This document shows, one piece after another, positions 25,663 through 37,987 of a DNA stretch of 64,000 bases. The notes under the pieces were generated by a model, which did no database searches, was not told where the DNA came from, and was given only the letters and a program-made list of their open reading frames with translations. The stretch covers positions 1-64,000 of the forward strand of contig JYFJ02001951.1 of assembly GCA_000934665.2 (NCBI GenBank), written 5' to 3'. Position numbers and translations under genes: made by a program. Positions within the stretch are counted from its first letter, which is position 1; every line of letters starts with the position of its first letter. This DNA is from Catajapyx aquilonaris (lineage: Eukaryota).

Positions 25663-27401
25663 AGCTGGAAAGCATCTGATGGCGCTGTTTTTGACAATAA
25701 ATTATTTTAAGTATAAAATCAGTTGTGTTCTTTACCATGCTATATTAATAGCAAACTCTGTTCAACTATACTGCAGGTATTGTACCATATTGGACAAAGT
25801 GATGTAGATAGTTTTGCATTGAAGCTGCAGTATACATTGAAAATGGTTTCTATATTTTTGGATGATATTTAATGGACCATTGTATGACTTCTGCATTGGA
25901 TGGATCTGTGCTCATTGGTAGTGATTATATTTTTCAGATTATCTAACTTAATGAGGAAAAACAGGAGGCACGACTTATGAGAGATGTTACTTATGAGTCA
26001 GCGGGGATCTGCAAAGGACAATACTCAAGCGAGTGGGTGTATTTTAATTGCTCTCTTATCTTTCATTCAATCTGCTTGCTCCTGAAGTGTGCCAGCATGG
26101 GTAGTCTTTATCACAAAATTGTTGACTATCATGCATCTCCGCAATAATTGCTGATGGACCATAACGTATGAGTATATATTTTTACAGCTATTTACAGGCA
26201 TCCTGGGTGTATCAGCCCTCCCTGACATCCCAGTCCTATCCCAAGGTCATAGCATTCTGACACTGGCATACTCTCAATGACATTTATTTCTGATGTCTAC
26301 AGTACAATGAAGGCAGGGCAATCCCAGACTCTGACCCGGGGGTAAAGGGACATAGTGCCCCACCACTGCCCCACTTACCACCAATGTAGGCCAGAGAATA
26401 ACTCTTTGCCTGGAACACCATGTGTACCTAATAGCCCTGCATGTGCAAAATTATATAGGTCTGGGTTTTTTTTTGACAACACCACAGATAAATGTATGGC
26501 CAAAATATGTAATGCCTTTCGTGCTCTTGGGTGAAGTGAACTGGTCGTTGTGCGGATAACTTGGAAGAGTGTATGGATCATGCTTGCCGTGATGCTTGAC
26601 ATTATGCAGTGTTGTTGCAGGTGTGACATTGTATTGTATGTGCCAAATTTCCAGGTGCACTTTGGAATACCATGTAACCCAAGTTGGTTTCAAGAATAAC
26701 AACGCAACATGATAAACTCACATCCGCATATCAGAAGGGCATCTCAAAAATATTCAATCAATATGATTGCCAACTCAAAATACTTGGAAGTCTCCTCTAA
26801 AATGCGCGCAGTTGTCATACTGCGTACACTGGGATGGTGGAAATCCTATTTATTTGCAAAGCAGTAGGAGATAGTATGCAGCATGACTTGAGACCAAAGT
26901 CCTCTTGCATGATTAATTCCGCGCATCCGGAGTATTTATAACCTATTTGTGTGTAAATACCTGACGTGACCCCAGCTGAACCCGAATTGATGACGCGTAT
27001 TTACGACAGGCAGAGTTCTCCAGGGGTTATCTCCTGAGACCAAGTACGAATGGATCCACTCCAATAAAATGATACCAGATTACAGAGAAAACAATATTTT
27101 ATTGCGTCTCTGGATGCTGCAGCTGCTTCGAGTAGTACAGTCCTTCCCGCATGTTCTTCGGGTCCAGTTGCTAATGATAGTCCAGCTGCAATAATTATAG
27201 ACTGAGAAAAGCCGCAGCAGGCAGCCTAAATGAGTTGCACAATATAACAGTTAATCCCATTTTGATCTCATACGCGAGTCGATACGCAAGCAAACAAGGT
27301 CGTGTTGTGCCAAGTTGGCTTCAACGTACGCTGTTCTACACACTACATCAGATCTAATAAGATCTGCACCAGAGAATAAGTTTTGTACGAAATATTTCGC
27401 G

Positions 27402-30129
27402 ATGGCCAAAACCGACGTTTACAATCGATATGCCCCGACGTTAGATATGAATAGTTTGTGCGAATCCGGAAGAAAAGGACGACAATGTGACGAAGACACT
27501 CCGTTGCTGCCTTCTGCAACTAGAAGTCCAGGTAAGTTGCATTGTGTGTGAATTGTGTCCTGTATACCTGCCAAGTGCAAAATATTTGTGCAATCTTAAA
27601 TGCTAAATGCCAATAACACATGCTATCTTTCGATAATGCCATAATTATGATGTGCAGTATCAGTTCTGCCAATAAATAAGAGTTCAAGCTGTGACATTAA
27701 GAACTATGATGATAAATATCCAAATATAAACGGTCATTAATCTATATAGATGTTGTAATTAGCATGTGAGGACAGACATGTCGTAGAATGAAGGCACGTC
27801 ATTCCGGAGCATCATAATCAGCATGCTAATCCGCCAAAGCCTGTACTGAACTCATGCAAAATATCAGCCCCGGATTATTGGCTTCATAATATGCGCCCGA
27901 AATTGGCGAAACACAAGTGCAATTTACACGCATCAATTGCAACTTTAATTACTTCCTTGCAACCTAACAGGCTTGCATTTTTAGTTGGCAAGAATCGATT
28001 GTTGTAGGCATATCACAATGCGAATATGAATTTTGGCAGGATGCTGCGGATTGCGTCATCATCTGGTGGCCCTGGCCTTCCTTGGGTGTGCCCTGGGGTT
28101 CGGAATGAGGGTCAATCTGACCATTGCCCTGGTGGCCATGGTCAACTCCACCGTCAACCAGCAGCCACTTGACGACCTGGATGATATCCACAGCCATTCA
28201 TCTCCAGTCATCTCCTGTCCTGTGCCCCTAACAAACCTCACAGTTGCGGACACTCCTCGAAACCAGGTGTGTGCCAATCACTGATTGGAACCGTCCCACT
28301 GGACTCATTGTGGTCAATTTCAGGGGACGTTCAACTGGGACAGCGACGTCCAGGGTCTGATCCTGTCGTCGTTCTTTTGGGGCTATGCAGCGACGCAGAT
28401 ACCAGGTGGCATCCTGGCCAAAAAGTACGGAGGAAAGCCATTAATGGGAGTCAGCATCCTTCTCACAGCCATATTCGCGGTCCTCTCACCACTGGCAGCA
28501 TGGACAGGGCCTGGATACCTGATAGCAACCCGAGTGGGTCAAGGGTTAGGACAGGTCAGTAGCTACCTTGACCCTTCCCTGCTGCTGGTGCGGCTCAGTT
28601 TCTATAAGAACATGTGTGTTTCAGGGCATGCTGTTTCCTGCTGCTCATTCCCTGCTGTCCAAATGGTCAGCTCCGATGGAGAGAAGTCGATTTGTGAGCA
28701 TCGTGTACTCAGGTCAGCAGAGTTAAATCCGGCTCCACACTGGCTCCAGACAATCTTCGCTGGAAGAAAGTTCGAGAAAATCCAAGAGGGCATCTCTTTG
28801 CTGATGACGTGCATACTGATATTGACGTCACAACGGATTCAGAGAAAAACGTAGATCTGAACTTTGGTCTTTGACGTATTCATGTTTTCCTATATGACAT
28901 TTTTCGGCTGGGATTGTCCGGCCAGTGTGGAGCGATGGTGTTATATGGTAGACTCGTGTACTAAATTTGGACTGATAGGTGGTCAGTTCGGGACTGTGGT
29001 GGCCCTGCCCCTGAGTGGTTGGCTGGCCGAGACGTCCTTCTGGGGAGGCTGGCCGGCCATCTTCTACGTCCCGGGCATCGCGGGCGTCGTCTGGTTCTGC
29101 TTCTGGATGTCCTTGGTCCACGAGAATCCTGAGGATCACCCGGAGATGACCGAACTGGAAAGAAGTTATGTCACCGGAGGCGGATCTCAACCTAGCCAAT
29201 CGGTACGTGACGAGGGAAAAACCCGTTGCATACCACGATTATATACAACGTTACGTTTTCAGAGTCTCCGTATTCCATGGAGGCAGATATGGACGTCACT
29301 TCCGATGTGGGCTATTCTGTCGGCCCATATTGGCCAAAACTGGGGGTTCAACACGCTGCTTACGGAGCTGCCGATTTACATGAAGAACATATTGAACTTT
29401 GACATCCAGCAGAACAGCCTCCTGTCAACCGTGCCCCATTTGACGATGGCGCTTCTCTCGTCGTTCTCTGGCTGCGTTGCTGATTTGATTTTGAGACGAG
29501 GATACCTCTCAGTCACCACCACCAGGAAGGTGATGAATACATGCTGTAAGTCATTAGCTATCTTTGCCAGTGATGGTGATAGTAATAATTGATGTCAAAT
29601 TGGACAGCTCATTGGTTGCCGGCCATTTGCCTTGTGAGTGCGTGCTTCGCCGGGTGTGACCGCGTCTCGAGCGTGGCCCTTCTGACCCTGGCGGTCGGGT
29701 TCAACGGATTCTGCCGATCCGGGTTCCAGAGCAATCACCTGGACATTTCCCCAAACTATGCAGGGATCATTATGGGAATCACCAACTGTGCGGCCAACAT
29801 CATCACCATCATGGCTCCCATTCTTGTTGGACACCTCACCACAGGAGCAGCCGTGAGTTATTATCAGCACACACAACCAACTCATGTTATATGGGGGAGC
29901 TTACCTTGCTTTTGTGTTTCAGCAAAACCTGGATCAATGGAGGATCGTATTCTACGTGTGTGCAGGGATTTATTTCGTGACCAACTCGTTTTACCTGATG
30001 TTTGGCACGGCTAAGGAGCAGGAGTGGAATAATTCTGATGGTGACAAAGAGCTCTTCAGCAGCACCATAGTCATCCTCGACGACAGCAGCTCCTCTGACC
30101 ACGAGAAGGAAGCAAGACAACTGCTCTAG
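27402..30129 (+). CDS. SLC17-family MFS anion transporter (sialin / inorganic phosphate cotransporter-like), 8 exons, 544 aa
   Basis: Exons 27402-27531, 28040-28266, 28324-28554, 28625-28712, 28979-29202, 29263-29545, 29608-29852 and 29923-30129 (1635 nt, phases close). SLC17 signatures are MRVNLTIALVAMVN, QGLILSSFFWGY..TQIPGG, KWSAPMERSR, GWPAIFYVPG, NWGFNTLLTELPIYM, NHLDISPNYAG and WRIVFY. Confidence 0.93.
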
Positions 30130-31925
30130 TTTTGATGCGTGTGAGCAGTAACTCAAAATATGCCATATTTATAGGTTATAGGTTTTTTCACTGTTGGTGT
30201 GGGACGCAACTGCGCAGCATTTGTCTTGTAAGAGTGGAAAAGTTCACTCCCTGGCATCTGATGCGCACTATTAATAGCAGGAGAGGAGATGTAAAGTTTA
30301 ATAAATAATTTATGCAGTTTTACCTACACATTTTTGGATTGAAGCCGACGCCATCAAAATGTCCCATTGAGGCTTACATTATTAACGTGGTGATCACACA
30401 TCCTGAACGCGCTTGAACCCGATCCTTCGCAGATATTGGCAAACTTTGCCTAGCAACTATCCGGCCGATTATTGTAACTTTGTAATGGATTGGGTCGAGA
30501 ACGATCTTCAGCCCCCCCTATTCCCGACCCCCCCTCAACCCTTCTCCATCATTGTCCCAAACTCTCCCAAAACTTGAGCTCGATCGGCGGCATGTAATCA
30601 GTAATAATGGAAGGAGGCGACGGCCGTCTTGTTGCATTGTCTGGGAGTCTGTATGGATCGAGGATAAGGAAGAGAACGGATGCTGCAAGGAGAAAGGAAA
30701 TATAAGGAGAAAAGAAGGCCGACGCCAAACCATTCGACTCTTTGGGAGCAGAATAACGGTTCACCCACGTTTGATGCTGGAGGAATGAGATGCGGGGGGC
30801 AATAAAATACAGGCCGCTCCTTGTGATCGATCATGGCCTTCTTGCATATATTCAGGAAACTTCGACTCTGCAAACAGGGCCACATCCGACTGTTGCCTTT
30901 CGTTCAACTTGTTGCCGGAGATAAACCCTTTTCCTTCTCTTGAACTGATAAGGAACATGCAGCTAGATTCTTCTTTGATAGAGAATAAAATAATATAAAG
31001 TGGGAAAGAGTGAAAGCAGTGGGCCAATGGAAAATAATAATTAACGTCTGACTGAACAAATAAAATTTTACAACTGATAATAATAGGCCTACCTTATTGT
31101 TTACGTATACGTATAGTGTTGTAACGGCTCAGAGAAAAATACTGTTCTTTTCCAAGGTCGAAGGATTTGAAATGTTTTTTAATAACCCGAATTTTTACTG
31201 TTGACGTCAACATAAAGGGAACTTTTCACTTTTTAAACACGCTTGATTTCAGCAATGACAAAAGAGACACTCTTATTTGGTTTTATTCGTGACATTTTAT
31301 TGGGAACTGCATATATTTTTGTGTCGCAGGTCGCAATCGGTTTTGTACCGTAACGTCGCGTCGTGGGTCTAATGACAAAGTTTTAATTTCTATCAAAGTC
31401 CTCAAAACTCTCCTCATTTTTTTTTAGAATAATTGATTTCTTTCTTGCGACGTTCCCCGCCGTTGACAACAATCTACAAGTATAAAAAGGAGGTTAAATT
31501 ACCCATGCATTGGACATCCTCACTTGTGTGGCCTGTGGACGAAAATGCCGTCTTCCAGGATTTATTTTGCAGTGGTCCACAAGAATTTTTTACTGAAAGT
31601 TATCCATTTAACGTTCCAATAAAATAGTCATATCGTGCGCGCTGACAACAAAAATTGCTTTAACTTAACCCAACCTGCTAATTACACTAAAGCGGACTAC
31701 ACACACGGTTTTAGCACTAATCTCAGGGATCTTAAAGTACTACCCGGGTGTAGGCCGCTTAATTACCCTAACCCAATTAAGGCCTCAATTAACCACCGTT
31801 TTGCATTTTACGCTGAAACTAACAGGGTTCGTGCGGCGATGGATAAGTTTAAAAAAAATATGTACCACAATAAATTGTCGCACCAACCACATTTGTTTTC
31901 AATTATAAATTTTGAGTATTTTCGT

Positions 31926-32002
31926 CCCACTGCTATAGTTACTGCTAACCTAGCAGTACCAGTGTTGGAGCAATGCTAAGTTAGCAGTAAACTAGCAGCG
32001 GG
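31926..32002. repeat. Imperfect 77-nt inverted repeat
   Basis: CCCACTGCTATAGTTACTGCTAACCTAGCA ... TGCTAAGTTAGCAGTAAACTAGCAGCGGG. Confidence 0.75.
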
Positions 32003-32015
32003 CCCTTTTTCCGTT

Positions 32016-32588
32016 ATTGGCACCATTGCCTGTCACGTGATCCAGTCCTTAATGATTGGCCGAGCCGCATCAGTGTTGCCAATGCTTCGTGACAAAAATC
32101 CGTCGTGTGCATCGATCTGTGCCGAATAATAAAATCGGATTTCCAGCCCACCCCGGATCCGCCTGATCCGGATCCGCGGATCCAAAATGTCGTCCCTCCG
32201 ATGAGGCGATGCGCAGACCCGACATTCTTCTGGAGGCTATTGAGCGCGCCCCAGTGTGTATGTGCGCCAACTGAGTCGAATGGGGGGACTACTAGAGGGT
32301 GGAGGGAGGGAGGGGGGTGAAAGAGAAGGGGGGATTGGCTCCAGAGCCCCCCCTTGTGAGCAGCACCAACAGTACAGGGTGTGCTGCCATTGGACCAGGT
32401 TTTGCCTTTCTCTTCTCTTGCCCTCCAGGCACAAGCACCACTCAAAAGAAGAAGAAGAAGAAAAAACGTTGGAAGTTGGAGGGCAGTGCACACTAGGAGA
32501 GACAGCGAAACACTCGGCATTGTTGTGGCTTGTGAATCTCTTGTGCTGTGTTGACACGGAGGTCACCTGGAGTCGGACAATGTGACGG
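32016..32588 (+). promoter_or_regulatory. Putative promoter and non-coding first exon (candidate 5' end of the HEXD-like gene)
   Basis: The segment carries several CCAAT/ATTGG boxes, GTCACGTGAT at 32032-32041 and a G-rich tract, followed by the consensus donor CGG|GTGAGT at 32588/32589. The HEXD ATG exon has an acceptor at 48807 that needs an upstream exon. Confidence 0.45.
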
Positions 32589-34843
32589 GTGAGTTGCCTT
32601 ACAACGTCGGAAAGGAATTTATTGGTGTACGAGGGGGCGCGCACTTTTTTTGGGGGGTTGTTGTTGTTGTCCAGTTGGGTTTAGAGAGGGGGGAGAAAAA
32701 GACCGGTGTTGTGTACAAAGCGCATCTAGAGTAAACGTACGTTGCTCCTTATTGATTTTATTAACACGGGGGAATGCATCCAGCACTTACACCGCAATGT
32801 TGCGATGGGGAAAAACCTGGTTAAGAACAACAACAAAAAAAGAAGCGTCCTTCACTCTTAATTGGGAAGGTGGGGGATGTTACACAATTACACACGGTCT
32901 TTAAAAAATTATATAAAAAAAAGAGAGGAGGAAATAAGAGCAGGGTACGTAACGATTCGTGTCGACATCGTATGTGAAAACCTGATGGTATTTTGTGTAC
33001 TCCACGCGGGAACTGTATAAGAGAGCGACATACATTCCACAATGGCATGTATACATTCCGTGTCAATTATCTGCAAGTCGCTCCGTTCAGAAAAATATCT
33101 GGTTTCCGTTTTATGCGACATATTTTTACAAAATCAGAACGCGTAAGTAATTGAGCAGTGGACCACCCTGCATAATGCTGCATAATCAAAATATGCGGTG
33201 CTGCATAGTGCTCAGTCAGCAAATGTCTGGCAAGAAGGTCCAAATTAGCAGGAATCCTGATTCGCATCAGAGTCGCCCCAGTAACTGTTTGCGGAATTGA
33301 GATGTGATAACCATCTATAGTCTCTTCCTCGCAAGAATTCGCACGTGTTTGCAAAACCACGCTCGGTTGATGATGCCCCTTTGGACACACGTTCTAAACA
33401 ACAATAAAACGTTTTGTCTTCTTTTTTGATCAGATCATTTTTGGTGGGGCTTGTTATCGGCGTGACGGCCTGGATTAGATTGAAGAAGAAAAAGTGGGTG
33501 GTAAGGTTTTAAGAGGAGCTGGAAAGAAGGAATTAATTTGTCTTCTGATGGATGGGAAGCACTTGAGATGAGCAGCTTATCACGAGTGGGAGAGGGAGAC
33601 TTCTTTTGCCTGGAAGAGAACTCTTGTAAGCCAGGTTTTTGGGGTGATTTTTTGGGGGAGCACTGTCCCGCAGTTCGTTACCTTCAGCAGCAGCACAGGG
33701 TGTCCCAATTGTTCAGTCCAGAAGCAATGTATATCTCCAACGCTGAGCACTTACATACGTGCGGTTTTATTCGCAACAGTGTATGCTTTGATGGCATTGT
33801 TTTAATGTAGACGGCCAGAAGGACCATAGCCATTGATTAATAATTGACTCGGCAGTTTGGTGCGCTGATTGGTGCTAACCCGAGGCTTAATTGGCCCAAG
33901 TCCATGCCAAATTGCGCCACTTCAACCCCCAACGATGCCGGTTTAGGTTTTTCCCCATTATAATAAGCACGTCGCTCCAAATTAGGCCAGATCTCTCTGT
34001 GGGAACCCAGGCCCGAGCATTCCTTTGCTGTATACGCGTGTAATTGCGGATTAATTGCCCAACCATTTTGAAAAAATGGCGCGAGTCCAACATGACCTGT
34101 AAATAACATTGCATAATGGTAACGTTGACCTCGGTTCGTTGCATAAGAATCCAGTGACAGCATGCTGCACGTGCGACTATGCAGGAATGCATATCATCGA
34201 GCACATCTCCATTGAAGCAGGCCCCGCAGGCTGTTGGGACTGATATTGCAGTAATTCACAGCCGAACACCTGTTCACTTACTCCGCACATTCGAGCCCGC
34301 AGGGAGTTCCTAGAATGTAATAAACCGCACCAACAGTTACCGCCAATTGCGCATCCACTGACATGTCCGTTTCATCGAGTAATATTTATACGTCCGATAA
34401 TCTGAAAGTACTTCAATTGTAATATGTGTCATTCAACCTGGAAGCGGATCTGTCATCCTAACAACAAGAGAAAAACGGAAATTGCAGTCTGAATATTGCA
34501 TGCATTTTTTGCACGTGCGAATCTCTCGAGTGTGGGAACCGATACTCTCTTTTTTTATTATTATTGCTCGGATTTTAGCCTGCAGGTCATTTTTGTGAAG
34601 GCTGTTGCTTTGTTGAGGGGCCTGCGGGCCAGAAATTTAACAATGCACGATTGCGCCGGCAGTGCCGCACACTGCCGTATATATTGACGCATTCATGCAC
34701 TGTGCAACGTTCTACCTAAAAGTGCTTGAGAGCAATTAGGGGAGTCTCTTTTTTTTAGGTGAGCGGCATTATTCATTTTTCGTGCCCGTGGCTGCGACTA
34801 AAATGCATGAAAATGCCTTCCGTACACCGTCGTTTTATATTCA

Positions 34844-34919
34844 AATTCATACCCGGTAACAAAAAAATTGTTCGTAAAACCCGAGGGTATTACGAACAAT
34901 TTTTTACCGGGTATGAATT
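34844..34919. repeat. Near-perfect 76-nt palindrome
   Basis: Arms AATTCATACCCGGTAA(caaa)AAAATTGTTCGTAAAACCC and GGGTATTACGAACAATTTTTTACCGGGTATGAATT, with a 2-nt centre. Confidence 0.85.
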
Positions 34920-37083
34920 GATTAGGACGACTTCCTGTAGGAAGTCGCGCTAATAAAGCTACTGTTTCATCTGGCTGGCTGGAAAGGCAATGGAATCATC
35001 CTGGAGGTACAGTGCATGTAATATGCATACTGTACATCACGCAACTAACATTACAAGAGTCATTGTGCAGTCCTTAAAGACGACTGGGATATTACCACTT
35101 TCCATTTTACTCTCGAAAGGCAGCAGCATTCCTCGCGTAATATACATGACTGTAAATATACCTCATTATAATGACCCTCTTTCACTATTACGCTTAGCAA
35201 ACGAAAAGGATTGCCTTTTCTTATTGAAACACATTTGGCATGATCTAGAAAAATGTGTGCACAATGCAGATCTCTCCTCGTGCAATCGGAGTAGTGAACT
35301 TTTTTTTTTCTTCTCAAATAATTCGCTTTGTTTTCAACCCCGTAGGCGACAGACCTGTTCTATCCAAAGGCGCCGTATTTATTAAACTTCACCACTGCGC
35401 AAACATATCGAATGGCCTACTTGGCCTGTATTTTACGCGAGTACTTGAACGCCTTATGAAAGATGCCGTTGTCTGGAGGAAGTAAGGCTCCCTTTACGAC
35501 GAAGATTACGAGCTTTCAGTGTATTACGGGAGGAAGGTGGGCTCTCCCATTCTTTTCATCTTTTTTTTTTTTAATGCAGTGAGCTCAGTTATGTCCCACT
35601 CCGGCAGACTGGGCCGAATTCCGGCTTCAAATCACGTTTCGCATCAGCTGCAGGTCTTGGAAGGGTCAACCTATTTGGGGTCACCCATCATCGGCGCCTA
35701 TTTGGCATACCTGCTGTCAATCTATGTGTTAGTAGGTCGCGAGTGTGATAATGGTCCCCGCCACACGTATTGATTCCGCATCAAAAATATAGGTACGCGC
35801 ACAGGTAAATAATTCGCAGTGCTTATATTATTCATCGTGAAAAGATTCGGGCAATTCGTGCAAGGTTAAGGTTATAAGCAATAAGATATGCAAATTTTTG
35901 GGGTCGTATTGCATGTTTTGTAGCGACTTGCATTCCTGCTGGGCTACCATTTTATGTTGCAGTGCCTGTTGGCCGACGCAACTGTGCTAATTAGATAATT
36001 GTCATTACGTTAAAAGTGCAGTTTTTTTTAGCCCAGCTCATTGCCTGGGCGAGTGCCAGCTATACACCCAGTTAACTCGCAATGTAAATTAAAAACGGGC
36101 GAGGTAATGTTTGGAGAGACGCGTACTTGCCTGCTGTGTTTGAGGCCCATTATCCGAGTAACGAAGTGCGGAGACCAAATGGCACCATTAGGTTTATAAT
36201 CCTGACGAAACACCCTGTACTTTGTACAGGTGCGCCTGGACCGTCTGGTGCACACCCTCCCAAAAACCGTTGGCTTAAATTATATGGTTGGAGTTGAAAC
36301 TACACGTGCACCGCTTTGAATATTCAGAAGGACGCATATTCGCAGGGCACTCGGCGAATATTACCATAATCTCATTCTCATCTGATGAATATATTTTTCG
36401 ATGAGCAGCAGCAGGAAACCCGGCTGTGGCTCCAACTTTGCTGCCAGATTTTAACGCCAGTTATGCTCTGATATTGTAATTAGGGGGGACTGGGGCCAGA
36501 TGAGTTAGATATCGCCAATCAAGAGGAAATTTGCCTTTTGTTTGGCCCGCAGTTTCATAAACTGGAGTTGACTAATCGGGTGTTTGGGGGGGGGGGGTTG
36601 CGAAGTTTCCGCCCTGGAAGGGAATGCGACCCTATGCGTTCCGTCGCGGGTTTACCGCGTGACAGAAGACCATTACATTCCGAGGGTTGGTCGTGTAATG
36701 ACACGAGAGAGGTCGCCCTTCATAAACTTCCCCAACGGTAATTCCTGAGGTTTGCAATATTCAAGACAGCTCGAGCACGAAACCCCCTGAATTTGATATG
36801 AAATAATGACTCCACAGCGTGGCAATAAACTTGACATTGATTTCAATGCACATAAAGCGGAGCTGGAATATTATACCGTAATATGCACTGCTGCTGTTTG
36901 AAAACACGAAGCGGAAATTAATTGCGGAGTTGTTCAGTATGTATATGCGAGTAAAATAGCGGTCACTTTGGTATACACCCATCAAGTATGACCGGTTATG
37001 AAGCACCCTTTGAAAAAAGACATCTTAATCTGTGAAAGTGCACCATTGCACATTCGTTACTTTCTCCATTTGTTTCCGCAATG

Positions 37084-37250
37084 TACAGGGTGAGCCACGA
37101 GGTACGTTTGCTCCAGTTATTTCAGCAAATATTCACTGCCTCGATTGCTTCAAAGGGAATCGGGATGCTCCATTTTCGCAGAGTTAGTGCCAAAAATGGC
37201 GGAAAATCGAGTAGAAGGTAATGTACGAGTGAGTGGTGGTATACCCTGTT
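37084..37250. mobile_element. Degenerate MITE with TACAGGGTG-type ends (Tc1/mariner-like)
   Basis: The left end TACAGGGTGAGCCAC and right end GTGGTATACCCTGT are imperfect inverted repeats. Similar CACCCTGTA ends occur near 5448, 36210 and 56093. Confidence 0.4.
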
Positions 37251-37880
37251 CCTGTCCAGCAAACGAAGGAACTAGGGCGCGGTTTCAGTGCTCTGCAAAA
37301 GCATAAAAGCAGCGGCAACTGATAACAATGCTGGGCGTCATCCCTAATGAGATCCACTAGAGCTTAACAACACACCCCACCTGTGTAATAGCTAAGCCGC
37401 CAATGAGACGCACCGGATATACACTTGTCCGTTATTATATTTTAGCCACACTGTATAAGCACTGTTCAGTGTGGCATTATTTCGCTGTGGTTGTTGTGAG
37501 AAAGATTTGTCACAGTGCCCCGGCAAAGAATGGGAGGAAAAATGGGAGTAAGTCAATCGGTTTTATGAACCGTTTTACCAGTGTAGTACAGCTGGAGAGG
37601 AACGTGTAATCGCTTCCGAGACCATCCAAGGAACCGGAGGAGAAATAACAGAACCCGTGTCACTTTGCTGCTCTTCCGAGACGGCGGCCCTCTCCATGAT
37701 GGCCCCGGTTATACGGTGCTCACAGGGTGAGACAAAAGCCGCTTCGAAATGGGTCTGCCGTTTTCCTTCAAGTGCAATTCAATTGACCCGAGTAGTTTCA
37801 CTCGAGCTTCTAATAGCTGCAGGTTGAATGATTGACTCTTCCTGAAACTAGGTTGCAAAAATGGGCCATCCCTCGCGACT

Positions 37881-37987
37881 TAATGGCCTGTTCACACTCT
37901 TCTTCTGGCCAATAGAGGCATTTACAAGTGTAGTTTTACATTAAAGATGAACGTACGTGACAAACTGGCCGTGTGAACAGTCCATTA
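37881..37987. mobile_element. PIF/Harbinger-like MITE (~100 bp)
   Basis: Terminal inverted repeats TAATGGCCTGTTCACAC / GTGTGAACAGTCCATTA match at 16/17 positions, including flanking TAA/TTA. Confidence 0.55.
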
